A DNA stretch of 55,046 nt from Thelocarpon superellum (GCA_026025795.1 JAPEUG010000075.1:1-55046), one strand, 5' to 3'; positions 37,795 through 50,028 are shown, counted from the first letter of the stretch. The notes: generated from the letters alone by a model not told the origin. Translations and numbers: made by a program.

Positions 37795-38475
37795 GCTCGC
37801 ATTTGCATTGACGGCAGACGAGAGGTGTTTCACGCTCTCCACTTGACCTTCACTCCCCAGCTGACACGACAAAGTCTAGGACGAGTTCCAACAACGGAGA
37901 ATGGCATCAGTTACAACGAGATTTTCTACAGCCTGTCGCATTGACTAGCGGGTGCTTCTTGGTCTGGGGCTTCGATGGCCCACGCTTGCTCTCATCGTCG
38001 GAATCCACGTGCGAGAACCGATGCACCTCGGACGGCAGCCAAATTGAACGATGGCCCAATGAAGGGCCCCATGGACGAGTTGTCTTGACATTGCTGCAAG
38101 CTTATGTCCCAGCTTGACGAGCGCACGATGGCGGCCTGGGCGTGGCGGCAAGCCCTCCGTGGCCAAGATACAAGCTTGTTCCATCCGCCGCAATCGGAGT
38201 CACGCCTTCGTTCAGGATATGACGTGCTCCAGATATGCATATTTGGGGTCCCTTGCCCGCTCATATCCTTATCACAAGGCTTAATACGACTATTACGTAT
38301 CACACGTTCCCAAGCCACACTTGATGTGGGGCGATTGATGTCTCCGTCGTGCTACTCATTGGCCCCTACGGAGGCTACGCGGGCTAAGCTGTCAAGGAGA
38401 CCTCTCAAGAACGTATCTTCAGCATTCCGGGCCGATTTGCTCTCGATTTTAATCGGACAAGCCGCCGGTCTGATC

Positions 38476-40282
38476 TTATGCTTTTGGAGTCTCTGCACGC
38501 CATCTGTACCCAGCGGCCGGGTGGTCGGGGAGGAGGCCCGCCTGGCCAGGACGTCCATAGAGATTTTCTCTATACGTGCCATGATTTACGGCATAGTCAT
38601 CCCAGAAGAGGCCTCGTTGGCGAAGCTCCGGCAACAGCAGTCGCGCTACGTCGTCGAACGAGCCAGGCGTGATGGCGTACGCCTGTGGGAGGTTAGGTTC
38701 GTGTCTAGTGCCAGGAGGGAGACGCGGACGATCGGGTCTTACAATGTTGAAGCCGTCTACGTCCGCTTTCTCGACCCAGCGTTCAAATTCGTCAGCAACG
38801 CGGGATGCGCTGCCCACCACGGTGGCGCCCAAGCCACCGACGATGATGTGCTGAGCGACGGTGTGTTTCGTCCACTTGGCAACGTTTGGCGACGACTGAG
38901 ACCATGCTTCGACCGCGGATCTGGACCCGCGCCGTTAGTCCGTCTCTCTTTGGGACGAGGCAGGTGCGACAGCTCCAACCTGATAGCGTTACTCTCCACA
39001 TGTCGTAATTCTTCGTCGTCCCCATACTTGCTGAGATCGATGCCCGTCCAGCCTCCGAACAAGGCGAAAGCGCCCTCGACAGATCCGAGCTTAGTATACT
39101 CCGCGAACTTTTGTTCCGCTTCCTCTTGCGTGTCTCCGAGCACGGGACAGATCAGGGCCAGGAACTTGACATGCTGCGGATCCCGCCCGAAGCCTTTCGC
39201 AAGCGCCCTGATGTCCGCCACATTCTTGGCTACGACGGCCGGGCTATGTCCGGCGACGAAGATGGCCTCGGCATGCTTGGAGGCAAAATCCTTGCCGGCT
39301 TTGGACGTGCCGGCTTGCATGATGACTGGCGTCCGCTGAGGGCTGGGCTGGCAGATGTGTGGTCCGGGTACGTTGAAATATTTTCCCACATGGTTGATCT
39401 CCCGAACGCGTTCTGGCTCGGTGTACACGGAGCGTGTCTTGTCCCGGACCACGGCATCGTCCCTCCAGGAGGACTCCCAGAGCTTGTACATGACTTCGAT
39501 GTACTCTTCCGCGATGGCATATCGCTCGTCGTGCTATTCCTGGTCAGTGATGCGCCGTGCGATGGCGCATCATCTCCGGACACACCTGTGGTTGCTCAGC
39601 GCGGCCTAGGCTTCGGGCGGCCGAGTCGAGGTAGCCGGTCACGACCTGATGGCTGTTAGTACCGTGCGAACAATGACAGTATCTCGGCGATCTCACATTC
39701 CAGCCCACGCTGTTGCCCCCATCTTCGGTCAGGCCTTTTTACCTCGGCCTTGCAAGGTAGAGGAGACATACCGTCCTCGAGACAAGTGGTCGACGGTGGA
39801 CAGCCTTCGTGCGAGATGATACGGCTGCTCGTACGTCGTGGCCACGGTCACGCCAAATCCAATGTGTTCCGTTGCTGCCGCCATAGCAGGTACGACGGCC
39901 AAGGGCTCGTTGACGGGCCATTGGGCGGCCGATCGGATGGCGGCATCCAGGCTGTTGTTGTAGACATCGTAACCGCCGAGCACGTCGGCAATGAAGATGC
40001 CATGGAATTTGGCCTTCTCTAAGCGCCGTGCCAGGTCCGTCCAGTACGCCACATCGTTAAATCGAAAAGATTCATCCTGGGGATGGCGCCAGAGTCCTGG
40101 CGACTGATGGCCGCTGCCTATGGGATTGGTCGAGCTCAGCTCCTTTCTATGCTTCCGGTGACAAAAGCCCATCATGATGGCACATCACCAGGGCAATGAA
40201 GCTCACACATCTCAACGAATCCATTCAGAATCAGCTGTTTCTTCGGCTTTGCGGATGCGTCGGTACCGCTGGTATCGGCCAT
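38476..40282 (-). CDS. Bacterial-luciferase-like FMNH2-dependent monooxygenase (NtaA/SnaA/DszA/LadA family), 7 exons
   Basis: Exons 40282-40207, 40117-39772, 39709-39697, 39645-39586, 39533-38980, 38920-38743, 38682-38476. Motifs SGHQSPGLWRHP, FHGIFIADVLG, PYHLARRLSTVDHLSRGRVGWNVVTGY, SPQRTPVIMQAGTS, DVDGFN..PELRQRG. Confidence 0.93.
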
Positions 40283-41224
40283 GTTTTCTGGAAGGCTTTA
40301 GGATGAAGTCACTTTGGGAGAATGGACAGAGCAAGGCGAGGTTTGAGTGGAAGTGATACCGGGAGCCTTCAGGTATGATGCGAACCAAGGCCCTCACGCT
40401 TGAGCAATGGAGTACCCCATGAACTACATGCTTCTTGTCGCCAAGCCACTGGAGACAGATAAGAGATGGCGTCCACATGAACAGCTAGTCATAGAGCGAC
40501 CAGGAAACCCTGCATTGCGAAAGCAGCCAAGTGACGTCGTGGGCATCCCACGCACGCGGGATGAAAGAGTCCGATGCATGGCTTGCAAGGATAAACATGC
40601 AGCGGCGCAATGCGGACATGTGCTCGGGGTGGTATGATGTCTAGAGGGCGTGGCGGTTGGATCGGCCTGTACCGACGGTATGGTGATGGCGAGTTTCGCA
40701 CTAACGATTCGCAATATCGTGCCCCGACCAATTGGTTCCACTTCGTGTTCGACGATGGTCACGAAACGCGACTCTGATTTCTTGGGACCTCTACCCTTGC
40801 AAGGAAAGCCACATCGTGTTCGCTGGGGTGCGTGGGGCAGCATGGGGGAGGGCAGAGCTGGGTCGAGTGGGGCGGGCGGTAGACTCAAGCGGAGTCGCCC
40901 CGATTTCCCGGATGCTGCCGTCAATGTACCGTCACCTAGCTCCGATGATCAGCTTCAACGGGAGACCGGGAAAAAGGTGAGAGCATATTCAGCTTTCAGC
41001 ATGCTGCCATCTCGTATTGGAATCTCTACCGCGAATGGCTGGGCCATTGGCGTGGGCGATGGGTGGCTGCTCGACGCATCTCCTTCGGCCGCTTTGATTC
41101 AAAAGGGTGCTCTCACCGTCCGCTGTCGTTCACTCTGTCTTCTCACAGGGTGTGATCAGAAGATCCAGCATCATCAAGCTAGACCTTTACCCAAGTATCA
41201 TCTCGGCTTGTCGCTCGACTCAAG
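40283..41224. promoter_or_regulatory. Shared divergent promoter of the monooxygenase and the DUR3-like transporter
   Basis: 942 bp between head-to-head ATGs; AGATAAG at 40457, GATAAA at 40590, TGACGTC at 40532. Confidence 0.55.
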
Positions 41225-43852
41225 ATGCTTTCCACTCGTGCGGACGATGACGCCAACGCGGTGGTCGAGCCCCCCCTCTCGCAGGCAGTTGGTTATGTCG
41301 TCGTCATTGTCATCGGGCTAATCATCGCCTTTGGTACTGTCAAGGCTTCCCAACCTTTCGTGCTTCCCTGCTGATACTGAGCTCGACAGTGATGATCTTT
41401 GTCACTCGACTGATGAAGAAGACGGTCGGCGAGGACAATGCGCACACGGAGATGTGAGGATCTTCATGCCCACTCTCATCTATCTATGGCTGATCTGGGG
41501 TTTGACAGGTTTATGACGGCCAACCGTTCCGTCCGTACGGGCCTGACTGCGTCCGCTGTCGTCTCGGTCTGCTCCCCTATCGATTGAAGATGCACGTCCT
41601 GAGGCTGACATTGGGCGTGCAGTCATGGCTTTGGAGTACGGCGATGCTGGGTTCCACCCTGGTCGGCTATGATTATGGCATTGCTGGACCTTTCTGGTTC
41701 GCGGCTGGATGTAGCCCGATGATCGTATTCTTCGCCTTGCTCGGCGTCTCGTGCAAATTGAAAATTCCCGAGGCTCACACCCTGCTGGAAATTGTCCGCA
41801 TCCGATATGGTGAGCGTCCCGAGAGATTCGCGATCACGTACGTGCGAAGCAGCTCATCTCTCTAGGCACTACGGCACACTTTGTATACATGTTTCTTTGC
41901 CTGGTCAACAACCTGATTGCTGTGGCCAACATGCTTCTTGGCGCATCCGCTGCCATCACCGCGCTGTGAGTGCTACCCGGAGATGCGCGATGCGAGTTGA
42001 CGTGCTCACGCCACACAGGACAGGAATCCACATTATCGCTGCCACCTTTCTCCTGCCTGTCGGTGTCGTGCTATACACCTTTGTGGGGGGCATCAAGGCG
42101 ACGTAAGGGTCGAGCAAGATCACTCCCAAGGGATCCCGCTAATGGCCTATCAGGTTCCTCACGGATTACTTTCATACGACCGTCATCTTGATCATTGCAT
42201 GCTTCTTCACGATCAAGGTCTTTACCATTCCTGAGATTGGGTCAGTGGGGCACCTATACGAACTGCTTGTCGCCGCCTCCAGCGCGCACCCGGTTCCAGA
42301 CAATCAGGATGGCTCATACGTGACCATGACTTCGAAAGGAGTACGTCCTGATATCGCCGAAACGTGCTAAAGTCTCTGTGCTGACAGTTCTTGCAGGCAA
42401 TCCTGTTCGGCATCCTCCACATCTGTGCGAATTTTGGCCTGGTCATCGTGCGTCTCTCTCTTCTTCTCCGATCGGACTTGACCGCGGCGCTAACCGATGA
42501 TGCAAGATGGACACGAGCTTCTTTGTGAAAGCGTTCTCAGCCTCTCCGCGTGCCGTTGTCCCCGGATATGTGATTGGCGGAATCGCATATTTTGCCGTTC
42601 CCTGGGGACTCGGGACCTTGATGAGCTCGGTGGCGCTTGGCCTCGAAACGAACCCCATCTTTCCTACCTTCCCGAGGGTGAGATCCAAGCAGTCATTTCC
42701 ATCGACCGGGAGTGCAGTAGCTGATGGCGCGAATAGCGTATGACGGCGGATGAGGTGAGCAATGGCTTGGTGCTTCCCTATGCGGCCATCACCGTGGCCG
42801 GAAAAGGGGGGGCTGCTGGTATCTTACTCATCACCTTCATGGCCGTGACCTCCACTCTGTCGGCACAGGTGATTGCGGTCAGTTCGATCATCAGCTTTGA
42901 TATGTACCGAACCTACGTCAACCGACGCGCCACTGACACGGACGTCATCCGATGGAGCCACTACGGGGTCGTGTTCTTTGGCGTGGTGTCAGCCGCCTTC
43001 AGTACGCTGCTCCACTATGTGGGAATTGACCTCAGCTGGACACTTTACATGCTTGGTTTGTAATCTCAATTACCCCAGTCGTGCCAAATTCTGACGAGGC
43101 TTCAGGGGTGTTGACTTGCCCGGGCATCTTCCCGACCGCATTCACAATCTTGTGGCGTCGACAGACCAGGGCCGCGGCCATCATCGCGCCGCTTCTTGGC
43201 ATGGCAACGGGCCTCGCGACGTGGCTCGGGAGCGCATATGCCCTCTACGGCGCGGTCACGGTAGCGACCACGGGACAGATCGTTCCGTGCGTGTGGGGCA
43301 CGGTCGCATCGGCGTTCAGCCCGGTTCCATACTCTCTTATCATCTCGCTGTACCATCCCACCACTTTCGACTGGGCCGATTTCCGCAAGGAGAAGCTGGC
43401 CTTCGACGTGGATGGGGACAGTTCCATCAACTCCACGTTGGCGGAAGAGGGGAGCGAGCAGAACCTGCGACGCTGGGTGCGGATCGCGGCGTTCTGGAGC
43501 CTCGCAACTTTCTTTGGCCACTGGGTGCTTTGGCCTCTGCCCATGTATGCGTCCAAATACGTCTTCAGCCAAGCGGTAGGTCATCTCGCATTTTCAGCCC
43601 TTACCTTGGCACTCACTGACTCGGTGACAGTTCTACTCGGCCTGGCTTGTCATTGCCATCATCTGGCTCTGGGGAACTCTCATTGTCGCGGGATTCTTTC
43701 CCGTTATCGACGGACGGCAACAGATCCTGGCCGTGTACCGTGCCATACGCTATGGGCGGACCTATGGCTCCGGTCGGGTCGAAGAACTATCGCATGATGG
43801 ATCCACTACAACACCTCCCACTCTTCGGGGAGAACTCAAGGCCAACGAATGA
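41225..43852 (+). CDS. Sodium:solute symporter, DUR3-like (urea/polyamine transporter family), 12 exons
   Basis: Eleven GT-AG introns give a continuous frame: PPLSQAVGYVVV, EMFMTANRSVRTGLTASAVVSSWLW, GIAGPFWFAAG, AHTLLEIVRIRYG, YTFVGGIKATFLTDY, GLVLPYAA, FMAVTST..IAVSSIISFD; stop TGA 43850-43852. Confidence 0.92.
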
Positions 43853-44445
43853 TCGAAAGCATCGACTCAAGATACCATGGCGGCAGCTGTCATGCAATAT
43901 AGCTTGGTTATAAAGGGATCGATCTCGACAGTGCAGACTGTAATGCTCTTCCTGCTTTCAAGACCGTCTCGGCATCTTTCTTTAGCCCAAACGCGATAAT
44001 TTACCCTCATTGGTAGATAGTGAGCAGCTTCTGGAAATCTGAAGATCTATTGCGCGATTCTCCGTTCCTGATAGCAGCACGAAATACAACGATGTAGACG
44101 ATCAGTCTCCTTCTGTAACTGGTGACGTGGGATGAGAAGATTCGGTAAGAAGAACCTCCTGAAATGCAGACACGATGGCTTTTTCAAAGTATCTCCATGT
44201 CCGATTTGGTACTGTAGCCTGAGTGCATCCACTGGGTATGTGGATGTGTGGAGATTTTGTGGGGCACCCGACTCTTACTTGTTGCTCGAGTGAGGGGCAC
44301 GCCGCATGTACAGGAGCACCTCCCGTACACGTTCCTACCATGAAGCGAGCAGGCGAGCTCCCCATCAACAACAGTCGACCGTTATCTGGTAGCTTGGCAC
44401 AGCAGCGACCCCACGAGGCTTTCGCTATACGAAAAGGAGGGCAGC

Positions 44446-45927
44446 ATGGCTGACTCTCCCTCCTACATCGACTATGAATCCTTCCTCGACCCGTCCTTCT
44501 CCTCGAGCTCATTTGCCAACAGCTTGGTACTGGCAACAAATAATCCGTCAGACACGCCGCTCGACCTCTCCACCCCCCTCTCCCGGGTTTTGTTTGACGT
44601 ACAGGAAGTCGACACGCACATCCACACTCTGACCACCAAATCAGCGGTTCCACTCCTGACACACACCAGGCAAGGCACCGAAGCCAGTGCACGTATCGTG
44701 AAAGAGGTCGAGAGCCAACTGAGTAGGGTGACGGACGGATATCAACGCCTGGAGAAAGACGTGGTGCGGCGATGGGAGACAGCTGAACAGGTCCGGCTGG
44801 TGGCCGACAGACTGTTGCAGACGGTCAAGATCGGGAGGGCAGTGACGCGTTGTCTGACGCTGGGTCGTCAACTGGAGGCGCAGATGGCGGAGATTGGGGG
44901 AGGCACGGCAGGGTCTGCTGTCAGTCTCAATAAACGGGAAGACCATCGAGCCATGGTTCGCGCCTCGAATACGCTCTTGGGCCTGCGACAGATCTTTGCC
45001 GAGTCAGGTCCTGGACAAGAGGGCGAGGGTCTCGATCGAGTCAATGCCGTGACGAGGTTGAAAACCGAGCTGGTCACTCCCTCGGAGCACGCCATCAGTT
45101 CCAAGGCACAGCAGATTGTCCGAGAGTTCTCCATGACCTCCGCCTCACCTTCGACCTCCAACCCACCTCAAGCTGGCTCAGCCACCTCCTCCATGTCCGC
45201 CTCGACCTACGCCCAGACGGAAGCCACCAAGGCACGCACTGCCTCCGCGCTATCGTCGCTCTATCTGCTTTCCGACAGCTCCAGCACTCCGTTCCACCCC
45301 AGCCTCATGATCGCAGCCCTCAATCTATACATCCAAGCGGCATTGACGTCGTCCCTGGCCGCCCTCACGCGAGCTCTGAGCACACTACCCGCGCTAGACC
45401 GAACCCTCGCCGAGATCTCAGCAAGATGCCAAAACATTGTCGCGCTAGAAGCTCTCCTGAAATCGACGAAGCCGCCGCTCCATCCCGCTCTACCCTCCAT
45501 CACCATCACCACCATTCCATCACCAGCACAAGCCGCAACGAGCGCAGACCTGCTCGACCCGCTACTACAGCACTTCGACACGACATCACTGGCGTCATAC
45601 TTCTGGCGCTCGCTTGCCTCATCGCTCGTCCCGCACGTGCAGGACATTGTGGCGCGCGGCGGGGTCTCGGCACGCACGCTGCGCAGTCAAAAAGATCGCG
45701 TCCGTGACGGACTGCGCGAGTGTGTTATTCGCGGGTCGCGGGCTCCTGTCGGTGATGGTACAGGTGCTGGCGCTACCATTGCTGCCACTAGTGATGGTGG
45801 TGGCGGTGGCGGTGGTGGCAGAAATGGCGGCGGGAATGGGAACGGGAACGGAGTGGTAGCACAGAGGAGCTGGGAGAGGGAAGTCGCTGTGGTCGTGGGT
45901 GCTGTTGTTGGCGCTCTTGGTCGGTGA
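44446..45927 (+). CDS. COG5: Conserved oligomeric Golgi complex subunit 5
   Basis: Intronless 493-aa ORF; SYIDYESFLDPSFS..FANSLVLATNNPSDTPLDLSTPLSRVLFDVQEVDTHI, ISARCQNIVALE, SYFWRSLAS, WEREVAVVVG. Confidence 0.92.
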   Translation: MADSPSYIDYESFLDPSFSSSSFANSLVLATNNPSDTPLDLSTPLSRVLFDVQEVDTHIHTLTTKSAVPLLTHTRQGTEASARIVKEVESQLSRVTDGYQRLEKDVVRRWETAEQVRLVADRLLQTVKIGRAVTRCLTLGRQLEAQMAEIGGGTAGSAVSLNKREDHRAMVRASNTLLGLRQIFAESGPGQEGEGLDRVNAVTRLKTELVTPSEHAISSKAQQIVREFSMTSASPSTSNPPQAGSATSSMSASTYAQTEATKARTASALSSLYLLSDSSSTPFHPSLMIAALNLYIQAALTSSLAALTRALSTLPALDRTLAEISARCQNIVALEALLKSTKPPLHPALPSITITTIPSPAQAATSADLLDPLLQHFDTTSLASYFWRSLASSLVPHVQDIVARGGVSARTLRSQKDRVRDGLRECVIRGSRAPVGDGTGAGATIAATSDGGGGGGGGRNGGGNGNGNGVVAQRSWEREVAVVVGAVVGALGR

Positions 45928-46178
45928 TGAACGTAATGGATGTGATGTGATGCGGCTCCAGTGACGGGTTGCTCTCATCCTCGAAGCCGCTCAGCTATGA
46001 TGATACAGCCTGGCAAGAAGGAGAGAAAGAAAGAGAGACAGAAAAACAATGGGTATGGGATGGGAAATAGGAACAAGTACTCTAACAAACGCCGCTGCTA
46101 TGCCTGTCCAACCGCCCGCCAGATGATGCACTCTTCAGATGCCCGCGTTCTCTGTTTCCTTCTCCTCTGCTCTCCTTC

Positions 46179-46916
46179 TCAAGCCTTGTCCTCCTTCTTG
46201 GATGCATTCAGGCCCACCATTTGATATTCCCCTCCCCCCCCCCCACTTCGCCCCCTCCCTCGTCCTCGTCCTCGCTCTCGCTCCGAGACACCCTCTTCCT
46301 CGTCTTCGCCCGCAGCATCTTGCGCCACTAAGTACGCTCTTGGTCCGCCTCCACCTGAGGAGCCATCACCTGCAGCACCGGCGCCGAAACTCATCGGCCG
46401 TAGCTCGCGCCACTGGCAGCTCCACGTGCCCAGAGACACCATGACCGTGGCGCTGGCGGCCTGGAGCGCCCACCAGAGCCAGTTGGCGGGGACGCCGCGC
46501 GAATACAAGGCAGTGAGCACGAGGTGGATGAAGTGCAACGTCAGCGCGAAGTCGGGCACGAGCTTCGACCGCGCGATCAGGACGAGGATGAACAGTGCAC
46601 TGTAGTTTCCACCACCCGTCAGCTTTGCATTCCCGTAGTCCTTTTGGGGAATTGTCAAGATCGCTCACCCAAAGAACGCATCCAGTAGCCAGACGAAACC
46701 CAAGGTCCACCCGACCGCCGTGTCGCCACGGAGGCTGTGCCAGTCGAGAACGAGGTCGAGCCCAAATGGTTGGCCGGCCACCAGGGTCGTGAAGAGCATC
46801 AGCACCATCACGCTCGCGTAGTATGCGGCCTGGAGGGCGGCGATTTGGCTTAGGATCTTGACGGGTTGCAGGTCGGCGAGCGCCCCAGCACGTGGCGGCC
46901 GGTGGCGCCGCGGCAT
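46179..46916 (-). CDS. SYS1: Golgi integral membrane protein Sys1
   Basis: Exons 46916-46669 and 46599-46179. PVKILSQIAALQAAYY, IARSKLVPDFALTLHFIHL, WSCQWRELRPMSF. Confidence 0.9.
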
Positions 46917-47415
46917 CGCTATGAGGATCTTGGCGGGGAGGCTTTGAAAAGAGTGGCGGCCCGGACCATCGGAAGAGACTTCTCACGCGCGGTGCAGGTG
47001 TAAGTATTCTCGATAGCCGTGTTTATGGCGCTGGACATGCTTTTGATGGCTGCCTGCCGGCCGTCGTGACAGGTGTTGATCTTCGGGATGACGCCGTCGC
47101 CTGGTCCGAGCTCCTTGCAGATCGCCGAGAAATCCTTGGCAGGGTAAGTCAGGGTGATCATAAGAGCTCCCAAGTGTACAAAGCAACATACCTCCCGCTC
47201 TCGTAATAGACAAGGAACAAGTGGCGACTCCTACGTTTCCTACGTTACCTACGGCTGTTCACACTTCCCACGCGTGCCTCCAAATATGTTGCATGCCGAG
47301 AATACTTGACTGGTACTAGTGAGTGGACTTGACCTCGGGCTCAAGTGGCGTTCGTTCAAGCTCATTGCAAATTGGAAGCTCGATCCCGACCCGCCGCCAG
47401 GGTCTCTGTATCGTC

Positions 47416-47842
47416 ATGGGTTTCCCCAGCACATCCACTCCCTCTGCTCCAGCCTCCAAATCCTCGATCGAAGGAACACCACGGGCGCCGAATCGAACGG
47501 AAAGGGCGCACTGCTGGGAAGCTCGCGACGGATTCTTCAAGTGCCTGGACGCTCATGGCATCGTCGACGGGCTCAAGGACGAGGGTCTCGCCAGCCAGAA
47601 GTGCGGAAAGGAGTCTGTGGCTTTTGATCGAGACTGTGCTAGCAGTTGGGTGAGTGTAGTATCTCCAGAGGTCATCACTCTGTAGACGAGATGCTAATGG
47701 CCACTTGGGACAGGTGCACTATTTCAAGAAAAGGCGGGTGATGGAGCATACGCGCAATGAGACATTGAAGAGGATCAAAGCGGAAGGCGCCCAGGAAATT
47801 CCCGGGGTTATTCAACCCGGTGGAGGGCCAATGTCCAAATAG
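47416..47842 (+). CDS. COA6: Cytochrome c oxidase assembly factor 6 (COX6B-like twin-Cys protein), 120 aa
   Basis: Exons 47416-47649 and 47714-47842. APNRTERAHCWEARDGFFKCLD..C..FDRDCASSWVHYFKKRR. Confidence 0.9.
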
Positions 47843-48266
47843 TGTGCTTGTGGTGGTGTATGTTTAAACGTGCTCGACTTGCATGGATAGGTGTTGGATG
47901 CTGGGGTTTTACAGATTACATGAGGTTTGGGTTAGGGATCCCCTCCTCGCTCTTGAATTTAGGAACAGACCAGCTCCTGGAGTCCGCCAAGAGACTGCCT
48001 CAGAACTTTGGATGATCGGCATGCTCCTCGGTGTATCGTACACCTGGAAAGTCCAGGAGGTCCGCCTGGCGATAGTATCATTTGGTTGCGTGTGTAAAGC
48101 CCTCCTCGACATGTTTCATTCTCATCGACATTGGGGATGCCCCTACTTATACAAAATTTATCGGATAAAGTCAGACGGTCCTCGCTATGCAGAACGACGA
48201 ACTTGGGTGTATCAGCGTGGTGGATCTCATATACACGGAATCATATCCACGACCCGTCAAGATCTC

Positions 48267-50028
48267 TCAGCAATCGCACCTCCCGACCCATCGCGGAAAT
48301 GTGACAACTTCGCGGATATTCGGCACGCCAGCGAGATATCCCAGCAGCCGATCAAACCCGAGCCCGAAGCCTCCGTGGGGAATGCTGCCCCACCGTCGCA
48401 AGTCGACGTACCATTTCAGCGCGCCAAGCTGGTCATCGGAAGGGACTGCGCTTAGGCCGTCATCAGATACCGGTGGCAGCAATCTATGCCTGCGCATGGA
48501 CGTAAGCAGCTCCACGAGCCGGTGCTCGCGCATCGAGCCACCGGCGACTTCCCCACTTCCCGGGAGCAAGAGGTCGAAGCAAGAAACCGTCTCATAAGTC
48601 GGGGTGTCCGAAGTCGAGGTGGCTGAGTCAGAAGGTAGCATGTAGAACGGTTTGATGCAGCGAGGGTAGTCGGTCACGAAAACGGGACGGCCTTTGCCGA
48701 CAGCTTTCACGAGGAACTGCTCATGTTCGGATTGGAGGCCCAAAGTCCAGTCTGGAGGAACCTTGAAACTTGCTTCGGCACGTTCGACGGCGATCTGGAG
48801 TCGACCGACGGCTTCGGTATAGCTCATTCGGGGCCATGGGTGCTGCATCAGGCCCTGCCAGCGGTCCTCTAAGAGTCTTGATGTTTCAGAACCCTGCTCA
48901 TCTGCTCCTGCCTGCCCGGTCCTCTTGGCCAGGAGAAGCTCCTGGCCGAGTCGGGATTCGGATATGCCACGCGCGAGCGTTCGGATCAAATCCTCGGTGA
49001 GAGACATGACAGCGTCGAGGCTGTCTGCAAAGCCCACCTCCGCTTCCAGCATGTAGAACTCGCTCAGATGACGCTGCGTATCACTTCTCTCAGCACGAAA
49101 GGTCGGCGCGAGGGTCCAGACTCGTCCCACAGATTGGGCCAAGGCTTCGAGGTGCAATTGTGACGAGACGGTAAGATATTTGGGAGACCGGAAAAAATCC
49201 GTTTCGTGTAGCCTTCCCTCGTTCTCAAGAGCGGGTTCGGCTCGCGGTGCCGCTGCGGCGCCGACCGTGAAAACTTGGCCCGCACCCTCGCAGTCAGAGG
49301 AGGTGATGACGGGAGGATGGGTTTGGACGAAATCGCGCGCCGCGAAGAAGGTCGTGCATTGGGCAATCGTATGTGAACGCAGTCGTAGGAGGAGACTGTT
49401 GAAGGGCGTACGAGACCGGAGATGTGGAACGGTTCGAAGGTATTCCGCGGTGTGAAACTTCTTCTGGAGGGGATAGCTCTGAGATACCATCTATCAGCGA
49501 CGCTCAGGCAGAGTAAGGTCTGTCGCTTTGCACGTAGCTCTCGTCACGCACAGAAGATTCCATGGATCCTAAGATGTCCACGTCCTTGGCATGCAGCTCG
49601 ATCATCTGCTCTTTTCCTTCTGGCGAAGGCTGCCAATGTCCTCGAATGCGAACCCCTGCTCCCGTTGCCAGACTGAAAGCAGGGATCAGCTTCGAAATGG
49701 ATCACAGATAGGAGCAACATGGATGGGGGGCGGGGGGAGCACACCCTTTGGCCTGTACGGGTGACAGGACGACCTGAAGCGGCTCCACGGTTGAGCCATC
49801 TCCTACCATGGCGAAGGTCAGCTTCTTTTGCTTCCGTACGGACCGAACAAAGCCATGCACGGTAACCGCGTCATGTTGGTCGGCGCGGGCGGCCAGGAGC
49901 AATTTCGCGATGGTATCTGCAGCACAAGCTGATGAACGGTGGAAGCTTCGTCGATGGGCCGAGACCAGGGTCTGAGCCAGGCACGTCGTGTGGGGGGACC
50001 AAAGGGCCTGCCGACATCTGTGATTCAT
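48267..50028 (-). CDS. SLM5: Mitochondrial asparaginyl-tRNA synthetase
   Basis: Exons 50028-49745, 49672-49552, 49478-48267. Basic presequence-like N-terminus, OB fold VHGFVRSVRKQK, YLTVSSQLHLEAL, FRAERSDTQRHLSEFYMLEAE, PHGGFGLGFDR. Confidence 0.93.

Noticed and set aside
38104..39339. 411-aa plus-strand ORF
   Set aside because: Largely antisense to the monooxygenase with no recognisable domain.
40207..41400. TPP riboswitch, as found in the Neurospora NCU01977 transporter of the same family
   Set aside because: No CTGAGA plus GATAATACCAGCG-type aptamer core. The GATACCAGCG look-alike near 40267-40276 is monooxygenase coding sequence (MADTSG).
47883..48455. 190-aa plus-strand ORF after COA6
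   Set aside because: Lies in convergent 3' UTR space and overlaps the AsnRS end in antisense; no motifs.
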